Source: Catajapyx aquilonaris (Eukaryota). Taken from it: a stretch of DNA of 64,000 nt. Position 1 is the stretch's first letter. Each line of letters begins with the position of its first letter. The notes under the pieces were generated by a model. That model saw nothing but the letters and a program-made list of their open reading frames with translations, was not told the origin of the DNA and did not search any database. The DNA lies in assembly GCA_000934665.2 (NCBI GenBank), contig KZ538507.1, forward strand, positions 1 to 64,000, written 5' to 3'. A program made the translations under genes and the position numbers. Below are positions 27,278-40,800 of this stretch, in pieces.

Positions 27278-29019
27278 TTCATACCCCGTTATCAGCCTAT
27301 CGGCTCTTTAGGGGGGGAAGTTTTGTTTTGCCTGGAACTCATTGCTTTCATTTTACTGCGCTTTTTTGGGATAGGATAGGGACAGAAGGAAGCGGCTGTG
27401 GCCTATTAATTACGAAAGCAACTCCGGAATTTTCCTGGAAGGACCGTGGGAAACCACAGAAAACCACTGTCAGAGTTGCCGGCCCCGGGATTTGATCCCA
27501 GGACCTCCCGATTAGCAGACGGACACCATATCCCCTACTCCAAACTGTTTCGGCTAACAATCCTTGATTGTTGTTGATTGTTACTCAATTACAACCCCTT
27601 CTTTGCACAGCCTGTTTCCATGGTAAACACAAGCATTCAGAAAAATGTTTTATCTCGATTTTTGTGTTTTGGGAAGTAATATGAACTAATAAGAAGCGAA
27701 AAAAGTTCAAACATTAAAAAAAAAAATCCCGGCATATCTGGGTTAAATTGCCTGATGAGGTGTATTTTTCTCATGGGGGGTAGCATACCTAATATTATTT
27801 TGCACCTTTTATTTTTAACACGTTAGGTTTTTAAACTGGCTTTACAGCAATGCCAAAATTCCTCAAAAAACTCAATGTTGAAGCAACAACTTATAAGACA
27901 CCTGGTGATCTAGTTTGTCTGGTAAGGGTCATGTTTTTAATGCCATTCTACAAATCTTGCAAAACACAAAATTCCTAGAATAAAATTGGGCTTTAATCTA
28001 TCTTTAGTATCTCTGACAAATGTGAAGGGCATTTTTGAGATATTGTGACATCGTCATGCTTCTCATAAACCATGCCATGTCCTGAAAAAAGTTTACTAAA
28101 CTGCATAAAGTATTTTAAGGTCATAATCCAAATTGCAGGACATATAAAGTGGGACACCTAATGCGTTTGTGTGTACTCCACTTGTGAGATAGGTCCGTCA
28201 GTACAATTACATTCCACCCAACCCTGAAATAATGCTCACTAACCCTTGATAAGGATGCTAGTCCTTAGCTTCATCTGAATTCTCTCATGTTGGTCCTCCA
28301 GCTCCAGATCCTTAGCCCTGAGAGACAACTCTTGTTCATACCTCATCAGCTCAGTCTTTTGGTGCATGAGGGAGAACCACTCCTTCATGAGCTCTGACTC
28401 CTCACGGGCATTATCAGATGCTGTTTGTGGAAGGAACAACATACTGTAATAATGCTGCAAGACCATCACTATTTGAAGCACTGCCCTCCCACACCTTTGT
28501 CTGTGACAAACTTTCACTCTTAACAGATGGATCCCAAATTCCCAAATTCCCAAATGCCGTCTTTAGTAGATTTGATGCCTTGAGATTTCATGTTGTCTTC
28601 AAAAATTAAATTATCATGCTTCATTTGTCAATGTCAATAAAAATTACAGAACAAGAAACACTGACCATTTCCTTCCCCTCTGAGTGCCTTCTCCAATGCA
28701 ACCCCTTGCTGCTCAAGAGCCTTCTGCTTAACCTCCACTTCTTCCAGCTTGCGCTGAATCTCCTGAGCCATCCTCAGTCTGCCAAGTATAACAAATGTAA
28801 CCAATCAAATTTCTGGCATTCTGGAAAGCAGCAGGGGAAGTTAGTAATGACCAGATAACCTTTTCATCTCTGCTTGTCTGGCTGCCCTCATAGCTTGTCG
28901 CGTCTGCTTCCGACTTAGGCTTCCAGGAGTTCCAGCAACATCTGCCCCTGAACTAAGCCTAGGGACACTTGACAATGACTGGGAATGCGATGCATCTTCA
29001 GCCTCTGAGAAGCTCTCCT
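21111..29019 (-). CDS. Mical: MICAL C-terminal bMERB/coiled-coil exons and terminal exon ending RRESEV*
   Basis: Exons 29019-28860, 28778-28666, 28420-28244, 26088-25974 and 21198-21111 splice in frame. Confidence 0.9.
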
Positions 29020-32000
29020 CTGCAAATATGAAAATTAGCAATGGCCGTAACATTCTCTTCTGACATAAAACTCCTACATTCTACAGCAAGAGCATAGGTC
29101 CAAACTTTGTGAACTAGTACAGAATCTCCTTGGAATATCAATCTCTCAAGGCCCAGCAGTAAAAACACTGGAATGTGCCCAAATTTTTCTCCTCCTTCCC
29201 CTCAATTTCTAAATTATTCACGAGTGGGAAAAGAGTTCTGGGTAGACTGATGTTACGTGGGCAAGGACTTTGATTGCATGACTGCAGTAATGAAGGGTTA
29301 AGAAAACACTAAATAATGGTTTATGATCAGTGCAATGTTTAGCAATTGGGAGTCCCAATAATAGAAGCCTAATGCCATGTATCATCAGTTCAAAAAGAAT
29401 TGTCCCAGTCATCCTGATGTGTGTGCTGCCCGCTCGACACCCACCATGTAACTTACATGGTGTGTGTCGAGCGGCCAGCCCACACGTCAGGATGACTGGG
29501 ACAGTTCTTTTTGAACTGTTGATACAGTACTGAGCATAAAGTTGGAGACGCAGCGGCCTTCTCTGGATCTTCATTTATCCAACTCAAATTAATGGACTCT
29601 TTTTGGAATGAGTTAGCTGCTTTAGGAGTCTGTTTGTGTATTTATAACCGTATATTTGATACCGTAATGGCAGGGATTGGCAGAGCACCCTGCCGAAGGG
29701 GAGGGCCTGCCGTCTACACCTTTATGCTCGGGACTGTACCAGAAATACTTTCATAAATACCAGAGGCCTGTGGTGCCATCTTAGCCTTTCCTCTCCTTGC
29801 AGGGGCCACTGGAGCTACTTCAGGCATCACTCCTGCATTGGTTTCACTTAACCTCAGTGCTCCCAAAGCATCGACCTCACTCTGAGGCATCTCAGTAGGG
29901 AGCCTGCCACTGGCCTTGCTGCTGCAATCTTCCCCTGATGACTTTTCCTTCCCCTTAGTCTTAGACTTGGGAGTAAGCCTTAACTTAAAGATGTCCCTGG
30001 TGATGGGGCTCTTCGAGCGAGGGATACGAGCTGGCTCAGGGATGGGTTGTTTCCCTGAATCAGGGGAAGTCAGAGCACTGTTGCTCTCAGATGCGCCCTT
30101 GCTGGATGGACTCTTAGACCTCTCTTTGGCAGCATCCTTCATCAGGCGAAACAGACAAAGTTATGGATGTTTCAAATATATCTAGCTAGTGTATATTAAC
30201 TCAAAGGGAGAAGCTGCCCAGAAAGCCTGTTGACTGCTTAACCATTAAAAAATGAATAGTTCATTCAATACAATGGAAATCATTTTCTGAATGTGTGAAT
30301 GCAGGGATTCAATATATCGCTCCGGTTACATAATGTAGCAGTCATTATAAGCAATAGGGTATTAGGATGTGATATGTATCTAATACTATCTATTAATAAA
30401 CTCACATGACAATCGGTGCACATAATGACAGAATAAATCAAGCTCAACAACACTACTGACATCAGAGGTCAAAGCCTGGTGCCAATAAAATATCCAAGAC
30501 ATGATACATTTCTACATCAAGCCCAAGGTTGTGTGTGTCCACACACACTTTCATGCAAAAGACACACTAACCTCCCCCTTGTCCTTTTTGGATGCTTTGG
30601 CAAACAAGCCTGTGATTGCATCTATGATGCTTCTGCGTCTCTCCCGGTCTTTAGACTTCTTCTTCTTTCCACTGGATTCACCCCCCTCAGGAGTGGTAGC
30701 CTGTTGATTGCCACCACGGTGGTGGTGATGGTGGTGGTGGTGATCGCGAGACCCCTGTCGTATCAGGGGTGGGATTATGCAAACACACTGGGAGGAAAGA
30801 GAAAGAGAAGAGAGAGAGAAAGCCAAAGCAGTGCACGCTGTGCACAAGGTTAGTACTGCAATTAGAGGTGCTAACAGTTGTCAAAAAAAGGGATAGAACA
30901 AAACACAACTTCAGTGCGAGTCAGAAACCCAAAACAACCAAAAAGAGGCCTTCTGCATTGATGAAAAAACTACCCAATCAACATGGATGTCAGGTAATAA
31001 AACTTCTTGTTTTGTTATCAAGTTCAATCCATAGCCTTGTTCCCTCAATGTCCATTTTTATAACCAAAGCAAACTACTTTCAATAAGGGCTTGTGGGCTC
31101 AAGTCAAATTGGCCAATATTTGCATTATTAATAACAATGATTAGGTACTGCATCATGACATTTAGAGTTTTCAACCATAACTGTGATGAATCACAATACG
31201 CATTTACATAGCGCTGGGTAAACTCAACGTGCTCTGGATCCAGCACAAGCTAGGTTCAGTGTTGGACATTAATCGCGTTGCACTGCTAGAGCATAATTAT
31301 TCTGAAGCAGCAGAAGAACGAATTGCGGCAATGGACAGTGCAAGCCGTGCAAGCAAGATTCGTTCTTCTGCCGCTTCGGAAAATGTCGCTAGCAGTACGG
31401 TGCAATTAATGTCCAACCCTGTACTATACTTCCAACCCAGATAGACAAACTGACCCTCTGATTTCATGTTAGCATGGTTGAATTCTGTTCAGGTTCTTTT
31501 CTTTGGTGCAAAAAAAATTCAGCAATGTTCACATACAGGGTGACATACAGGGCGAAAAGTCCCAGGACACCTGGGTTTTTTCGCCTGCAAAACAAATCTG
31601 TGCATGAAAAATGTGTCGGGGATGCTGGTGTGACATCTTCTGGACACTGACGGAATTGTTTGATGAGGGGAGACATCTGGGGACCCCCAACAACACCCAC
31701 AGTAAATTAATACTGTTAACAGCGCAAGATGGCGGATACGAGCGGGTTCACTGTGGAGGAGAGGCTGCTTGTGGCTGCTGTGTGGGTCCACGAGAGGCCT
31801 CATACGGGAAAGAACATAACGTACATCATGCAGGATATCAGGGCTCGTTTTGGTAAGGCGCCACTGAGAAGAAGTAACTTGTTCAAGTGGGAGAAAAAAG
31901 CATTCAGCAAGGAAGTGTCTTTCACACTTCCCGTCTGTCACATTTCCCATGCTGAATGCTTTTTTCACCCACTTGAACAAGTTACTTCTGCTCAGTGCCG

Positions 32001-32792
32001 CCTTACCAAAACGAGCCCTGAAATCCTGCATGATGTGCGTTATGTTCTTTCCCATATGAGGCCTCTCGTGGACCCACACAATAGCCACAAGTCTCTCCTC
32101 CACAGTGAACCCGCTCGTATTCGCCATCTTGCACTGTTAACAGTGTTAATTTACTGTGGGTGTTGTTGGGGGTCCCCAGATGTCTCCCCTCATCAAACAG
32201 TTCCGTCAGTGTCCAGAAGATGTCACACCAGCATCCCCAACACATTTTCCATGCACAGATTTGTTTTGCAGGCAAAAAAAGCCAGGTGTCCTGGGACCTT
32301 TCGCCCACCCTGTACAGTCAGGTAATCTATTTCTCTCTCTAGGTTGCAATACTGCGACAAGCAACCAACTAGTGGATCAGGTCCAGTTTACTTGGTGCTG
32401 CATAAAGGACCCCAATATGTTGCTGAATCTGGGGTGGGGTCAGATTCCCAAGGTGGCTTGGCTCTGGACGGGGAGGAGGGAGGGGAGAATCATATTTCGT
32501 GCCAGTTTTGCCCTACACATTGAAAGAGTGGGTCACATTTGCAAAGGTGGAAGAGGGACTGAGTTACAGCTGCAGAGAGCGCCTGTTTTTCTCCACACTC
32601 TTCACAACATTTTAAATGGCTATTAAGAGAGCACTTCCAAGACTGAAAGGATGTGGATCCTGTCAACCAAAGCCAATACTCCAATAGCTCCAAGAACTGT
32701 TTAATTACCTACTAATAAGCAGTTTGGCACAAAAAAAAAAATTCCACCTAAAACAGGCACTTCTATCTGAACCCTGTTTTTACAAGAATGTA

Positions 32793-32871
<79 letters not shown>

Positions 32872-35800
32872 TCCAGGGTCAAAAAGCAAAACAAGCAGCT
32901 TGTTGCTGATTCTTAAGGCCTTCGCACATAAATGAATCGGCATGCAGTTACACCCACACCAAGCCACAAGACAAACAACTCCTCCTATACCTGCCTCCCT
33001 CCAAATTAACTAAAATACCAACCTCAGATGGGAGTGGGAGATAGCCTCTCCCATGCCCTGAAGAGCTGCTGTTACTTGTACTTCCACTGGTACTACTAGT
33101 GCTGGTACTGGTGGCTATACTGGAAGATGCAGGCCCAGGTGCTGGATCACTACTAGACCCTCCTGTTGTCGAAGTAGTACCAGTGCTGCTGGATGGAATC
33201 ATTGGCGAGAGCAGCTCATCTGCAGCTGGTCAAAAAGAAGCAGTTAACTCATGACTTATCGGTGCTATAATAAAAAAGTGAATAAGCTGCTTAGATGAAT
33301 ATGCTACCAAGTCCACTTTTAGTTCCAGATTCACAAAATAAATAAAAAGAAAGCAATAATATAAGCTTGGTCAGAATCTCTACATCAGTACGAACACATT
33401 AGTACACTGCTCAACATTTGAATAACAATATTACCCTTGAGCCAGAAAATAGACTTTAAAAATTGTACATATTTTGTGTTGTGTTTTGAGGCCTTATACA
33501 GAGGTCTTTTTCTCATCCCCCAAAATAATTTACCCAAAGCAGATAAGAATTCCGGCACAGGGCCATTATACAGTAAGGAATGTTGCTGCCAAACCAGCTG
33601 ACGAGTCCAAGCACTCAAGAAATGACTTGAGACTCTAGATCAGGCTGGGGGTAAGGACAGTTTAAAATGAAATAAAGATTCCACTTGCCATTAACAGCAT
33701 CCCAAATGACAATTTTTATCCACTTGCAGTAGCTTTCAATCCAGTAAAACTAACCTCTGGGGAGCAGTGGCCTGCTTGACCTGCTACTGGCAGCACTGGT
33801 TGATACTGGGCTTGACGACTCCCTGCTGGCACTACTGGAAGGCGTTGTTACCACTCCCCCAATCCCAGGTGGTCCCACTCCTGGGATGCTCCCTCCTTCT
33901 CCATCACTTGCACTGCCTCTCCGCCTATACCTCTCTTTTAGCACAATAAAGTCCCGATTCGATGTAATTCCCAATTGCTCATCACTCATAAGTCGTACAC
34001 GTGCTCTAACTTCCTCCCTCACTCTCTCACGTTCAATTGTCCGGAGCAGTGCAGAGTTACGAACATCTGGCATTGACATGGCTGATGAAGTTGAATCACA
34101 TACCCTGACTGGTGTTGGAAAGTATGTTGATATAGGGCGGATAGGACGTAGTGGAGGTGGTAATGTTGGAGTGTCCACCACTACATGAGTGCCATCTGTG
34201 GCAGGTGTAGCTGCAAAAAGTCTTCGAGCTATAGCTCCTTCACTCTGGGCATGGCTCAAAAGTGGTTTTATCCTTGGGGTACTACGTTGTGGAGAGGTCA
34301 AGGCTGAAACTACCAGTGATCGACGTTTCTCAGGGCTTGTTCCACCGCTTATGCGGGACATTACTAGATCTCGCACAAGGTGGCTCTGCTGTGCTCGTTC
34401 CTGTGTAATTTTGTTTAGTTTTCCAGAAACAGACAAATCATCAAAGTATGAAGGCTTCTTTGCTCGACGCATATCAATCGAGTCCTTAGCATTTTGGAAT
34501 GGAACAGTGCGTCCCAGTGGTGCCAGAGTGTGCTTCTCTGAGGTTCTACGTGGCACAATTGACTGTGTGTTCAAGTCTTCAGTAGCATGATCACTTGTTT
34601 CCAGTCTGCCTTCATGGCTCTCCACGTGCTTTGGAAGGTCCAAGTCTAATTGTACAGGCTTGTCTGAACATGCATCCACTTGTTCTTCAAACCTTTGCAG
34701 GGGCATTTCAAGGCTGTCAGAACAGTGTTCAAGTGGACTCAAATGTTTTTCAAGATTATCGGGATGCTGACCAGACAAACTGTCCAGACACTCAGGTGTG
34801 GTTGGCCTGTTAAAACACTCCACAATTTCAGGATTAACAGCCTCTGCCAGGCTAGAATCTCTGCTGGTGGTACCACCAGCACTGCCATCGCTGCAGCTCA
34901 CCTTCAACGGGACTTCTTCAACTACCGGAGTTGCAAGATCCTCCTCCTCTGGGCACAACATCTGGTAACCCTGCTTTCTAACACTCACTGCCCCCTCTTC
35001 CTCCTCTGAACTATCTTCCATGTCCATGAAATCAACCCCTTCTAAGTCTGGTGCAAATGGTGGTACTGTGTCAGGTCCTCCAAAAATAGGCGCCATTTGC
35101 CTCCGCCTCCGCCTCTGCTTCCTCACTGTAACATTGCTCGTGTCAAAGTCTAAGTCAAAGTCCAGAACACTATTAGCATCTTCTGTATCTCGTGCCCAAT
35201 CACTAAGCTCAGTCTCTCGAACAGAGGCTGGGGAGCTTTTTCCACTGGATATTCCTTCAGGAGAGGACTCCTTGGACACACTTGAATACTCCAAATGTCC
35301 TACTGGCAAGGTGAGTTCCATCTTTCGCCTGACTGGAGTCACCTCTTCTACTTCTGGTCCAGTCCTGTCTTTCTCATGGACATCCACCACTAACTCTGGT
35401 GGTGGTTCTGATCGCCTCCGCTTGGAGCGAACAGCCATCTCACCCTCAGACATTGAGTCTTCTGTGTCATCTGTTATATCCCCTCCTGAGTCCTCCTCCT
35501 CCTCCTCTGGTGGCTTACACACCAATGTTGGTACCTCAATCGAGGTCTCATGAGCTGGGCTCCTTGACCTCTCTTCTTCTTCTTCTAGTGGTGGCTGTTT
35601 TACAGTTGTCTCACATACAGATATGACATCCTGCTGGCTATCCCGCTCTTCAGTGATATCTGGTACTAGCTGATCTGGTACTCTCTCCTGACCTGCACTC
35701 TCAACATTGTCCAAAGAGATATCTGGGACATGATCACCACCATTCAGTTGTATGTCAGCATCAGTGATTTTCTCAGGGTCCTGAACAGTAACTTCAGCCA

Positions 35801-37667
35801 AATCTATAATATGATTATCTAGGACACTGAATTCAAGGCTCTGAGCCATCCTGTCAGGAACTCCATTATCCATGCTCTCGGTCATCTTATCTGGGAGAAT
35901 ATCTGGGAAATTCTCAGTCTCCTTGCTGATGCCATTTTCAATCCCATCAACTACCTTATCTAAGACACCATTCTCCACAGCCTGGTTCATCTCCAGCTTA
36001 TCAAATCCCAGGACATGTTCTTGGTTGGCCTTTTCCATAGCCATCTTGTTCATTGCACTTGCCATTTTGTCCATGGCACGATTTTCCTGATTCATGTCAG
36101 CAACTAGATCTACCTTACAGCCAGATCCAGGACTTCCAGCTGCCTTGTTATTGTTGCTTGACACAGCCAGAAAGGCCTGCATTGTTGGACTGGGTTGTGG
36201 GGCAGGATTTAGCAATTTCTGTTTCTCAGAGATCATATCCAAGAGACTTTGGAACCGTGTGTCCAATCCACCAGATGCAGACTCAGTCTTTCTCAAAAGG
36301 GCCCCAGCAACAAATTCTCCTCCACCTTGCAAATATCGCTTCTTCAGCTCCAGGGAAACTTTTGATGCAATTCCTTCAGTTGAAGATGTTCTCAACGGAA
36401 GTACATGCCTGGCCACCCCAGGTTTGGCAACCCTAAAACCCTCTTTTGCATTCAGGTCCGTGGCACTGGCCGACTTCCCTTGCCCTGCATCATCCACACC
36501 ATTAGGGACATCTGCTGAGACATGCCGGCGGTATTCGCGTCGGTGAATGTCAGCATTATTATCAGGGGTTGGTGTGTTGTCACTAGACTGACGAACATAT
36601 TCTGGGCGAGACACTTCTCGGACAGTCACTAGCTCAGGGCCAGAACATCCCCCTGATTCCCCTATGTCCTGGTGATGAATCACTAGTATTTCTGGGATGT
36701 CATGTCTAAGTTGGGTGCATTTTGAGTCTTCAGTAAATTCCGAATCTGTTTCAATTTCAGTAGCGGAGCCCATCTCTTCTTCTTCCTCGTCCTCATCCTC
36801 CTCATCTTCTTCTTCTACACCTTCATCCTCATCATCATCTTCGCCTGTCACTACCTGTAATATTGGAAATATCTTAGAATGCTAACTATTGGCATGACTA
36901 CATGCAACATGGCAGGACGGGTGGGGTTGTCAACCTGCCATATTTCACCCTAAAGTCAGGGTAGAATGTGAAAGAAGAAATTTCTAGAGAGGTTAAAGGC
37001 ATGTGACACAGCCAAGAGGTAAACAATCCCCACAGAGAGAGTATTCATAAATGATGTCAGCAGCAGTGAGGAGGCAATAGCCAAGGATAGATATACAGTG
37101 CTTCTCACTATGACCACTGAATTCTACTAGTATATTCTTCATTCGTTCTGCAAAGGATATGGGGCAAATCTTATGGGAAAAGTTGCATCATTGGATTTGG
37201 CTGAAACTTGGTCAGTAGATAGACCTGGACCTAAGGGTCAATTGTTCTGAAGGCCGAAGAAAATCTACCATGCCACTAGAGGTGCTCAAAGTCGGACTTT
37301 CACATACTTTCAGGTGGCTCCTATTAGGCTTATTTTCACATATGTTGTAGAGTGTCATGAGCTGAGTCTAATGAGCCATGTGGCGATATTCTGTGACAAA
37401 CCGCTAGACACACAATCGAGTTCCACATCGAACCTTGTAGTGGGATTACAAGTGTGACACAACAATAACTGCCAAATGGTTTGTCACAGAATATCGCCAC
37501 ATGGCTCATTCCACTCAGCTCATGAAACTCTTCAACATATGTGAAAATGAGCCCGATAGGAGCCACTTGAAAGCCCATGAAAGTCCGACTTTGAGCACCT
37601 ATAGAGGCCAAACGGCACGATAGATTTTCTTCAGCCTTCAGAACAATTCACCCTTAGGACAAGATAT

Positions 37668-37717
<50 letters not shown>

Positions 37718-37781
37718 TAATAATAACAATAATAACAATAATAATAACAACAATAATAATAATAATAACAATAATAATAAC

Positions 37782-37842
<61 letters not shown>

Positions 37843-40800
37843 GGTCAAGGTACATAAACTGACCAAGTTTCAGCCAAATCCTATGGTGCAACTTTTCCCA
37901 TATGATTTGCCCCATGTTCTTTGCAACAAAATTATCATGTTATTAGTATTTCAATGTCATTTTGCAGTTCCTCAGCTGAATTGCCAAACTTATCTCTGCA
38001 GAGGTGAAACAAACAAATGAAGCCTTTGTGTAAGAGAATCACACCTTTTCACAATAATTTTCCATACTGAAGAGGTTTCTGTTACAGGTCTAAACTTCTC
38101 TAAAATTGTACACAGTGTAGAGCAACAGGAAAGGTACTCACAATGATTTTATGTATTCTGCTTATTTACCTGTTTTACAAAAAGCAAAATTAACAAGGCT
38201 ACTTGTAGCAGTTGAAAGTCATAGCCCTACAATTTTCATGAATGATGCTATCCCCTCCAATTGTGTGGTCAAGAAAAGAACAATAAGAGCCACAGATTTT
38301 CCATTGTGTCCAAATACAGGCTTGGAACACACATTCACAGGGCTTTTTTTTTTTTTTTTTTTTTTTGCCATCCTTTGCAGTCATTGCTGAGACTCATGGA
38401 CATTTTAAAAGTGAAAATTTCAGGTTGAAAGACCACACGTAGGCACCTCAGTATAGAAAGAGGTTGGAAGTGCAGAATTTTTTGACACAATGCAATGGAT
38501 AGGTTGTCCATCTTACTGCCAGTTAGCAGTACTGCTGTGAACAAACTAATATCCAAGGTAACCCATCAGAATGCTTATGAGCGAATGCTGACTAGTATAA
38601 TCAGGATTCTACTGCAGCAGAGCCTTAGCAGGAGGACAAAAAACCCACAGCATGTTTTCTCATATTAGGCAATTTCAGAACAAAGTGTATATAGTACTCT
38701 CAGCTGCTGCAAGTTTCTGCTTACAGGCAAACAGCTAAATAGACATTTGCAAACAGTGTCCCTCTCTAGTTGTACCACACTGCATAAATAAAAACTGATT
38801 AATGCTTTATTATGTAGCCTTATACAAAAGAATCCTTCTCAAATACTGCACTGTATTGTCTTTGAGGTGAAGCATGGCAAATATTGATGGAAATTCTATT
38901 ATTACAGGCAATCAAAAGGCAACAGTTTGCCTTTTAGCTGGTTACCCACTTTACAAGGAGTAAATCCACCTTATGGTACACCTGAGGTGGGGTACAGTTA
39001 TCTGTTCAGAAAAGTAACAGAAACCAGAAGGTTCAATGCTTTCACACTGTGCAGCTAACTTTTCCTCATTTTTTGTTTCAACCCAGAAAAAGTTTAGTAC
39101 AATTTCCAATTGACATAAGGTTATGTCACCGTTAGCCCCTTAGCCCTTAGTCCTTTAGCTTTCGGTTTCCACTTTAAACAAGTTCTGTTTTACAGTGTGG
39201 TCCCAACTAAAATATCTGAACTGGCTAGCATTTTCAGACACTAAGCTGCTTTCAGTTATCAAAATATTAGCTGTATTAGGTTGTGTAGAATCCTTCATTC
39301 AGTCTTTTGAATTGCAATAAATTTCCTAGCTGGACACATTGCAATGAACCCTTTCTGACCTATTGGTATGTACGGTCAATGGTATTGGACCTGTTGACCC
39401 CCTCCTCCCTGCATTAGTTTAAAAGCATTCATCAATTCACCACGGTGGTCTAGTCTAATGTTTAGATGTAAAGACTGTCATTTGGGAAGTCCCAGATTCA
39501 ACTACGATGCCAACCACCCTGACTGGGACTTTCTGTGGTTTTTACAAAGTCACATCCAGGGAAATTCCAGAATGGCTTCCATTTCGGAATGGCCACGGCT
39601 GCTTCATTCCACCCCTACTCTTGGCCCATAATGTGTTGTACAACAATAGGACCGCAATCATTTGTGAGAGACAAGTCAGTTCAGCAGTGAAAAGGCCCCT
39701 CCGCAGTGCCATAATATCTGCTCCCTCATTACCACCACTAATCATGCACTTGTTTGAAATATTAGCAGTTAATATTTTGATAATTACTCATTGTTTCAAA
39801 GTAACCACTCAGAAAAAAAGCAGTTTTGGACCAGAACCAAAACAGCATCCACTATAGATATTTCAGTTGGAACATGCCATATGACAAATACAGGGAGACC
39901 CAAAATACTTGTTCAATTGCTATGGCTATTGTAAGCACGAAGCTGTTTATTTTAGCAGTACCTTTGCACAGTTAATTAATGGTTATCAACAGCATTAGAT
40001 GCATGGTAGGTACCCATCCTTTTGAAAGCTGCAAGGGAGTCTGGCCTGCACAAAGTGATGTGAGTTGATGTGAGATGCCAATTGTTCAAATGGGCCATTT
40101 CTAATCAGAAATACTTTGCAGGTCAAAGCTTGAATGTATGATTCAGTTCAGTATAATATTAACAGCTAATACTTTAAATAACCATTAATAGTCACTACGC
40201 ATATGTAACTGCTTAAAAATAAACAGATTAGTGCAAAAATAACCATCGTAATTGGACTTAAGTGCTTGGGTCAGCCTGTATACTGAAAGTTCTCTCTCTG
40301 TGTGTCATCACCAAGCAAGACATTCACAATGGGCATGGAGTTCCCTTGTACAACAACTGAGGTTTAAAAAATTGTCAACTGATGATGTCACTTATGAATG
40401 GTCCCTCACTAATCACGTACATAATGCTACAGATATTTATAGTTACATAATTGCATGCTACAGAAGAGAGTTCACCAGGTAACAACAAGATCACATATGG
40501 TTAGAAAAAATACATCTAATATTAACAGGAAGACTGTCAAATATTGAATTACTGATGAGTGAAGTATTTTTTTTCCAAGGAAAACTAGCACAATGCTGGC
40601 AGACTAGTTTGGGGTTAGTGCTTTGGAACCGTATCAATTGCATTACTTTGGTGATACACAATCTACTGGCTGCCCACATTCACAGGTGTTAGTGGACAAG
40701 GAAAGCTTTGGAGTAAACTTGCAAAACGTGAACTTACGTAGCAACCGTTGTGCTTCGCTTAGAATTCTAAAAAATAAAAGAACTATCCCAATGGGAGTAC

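Noticed and set aside
29720..29760. Alternative donor at 29719 for MICAL exon 30136
   Set aside because: It is phase 0 and conflicts with the strong phase-1 acceptor at 29019; the donor at 29760 was preferred
33886..36885. Multiple + strand ORFs over 100 aa
   Set aside because: Antisense shadows of the MICAL giant exon, with no recognisable domains
37654..37915. Poly-Tyr/poly-Leu/poly-Asn ORFs (also 27149-27379 and 32701-32967)
   Set aside because: They are translations of (AAT)n microsatellites
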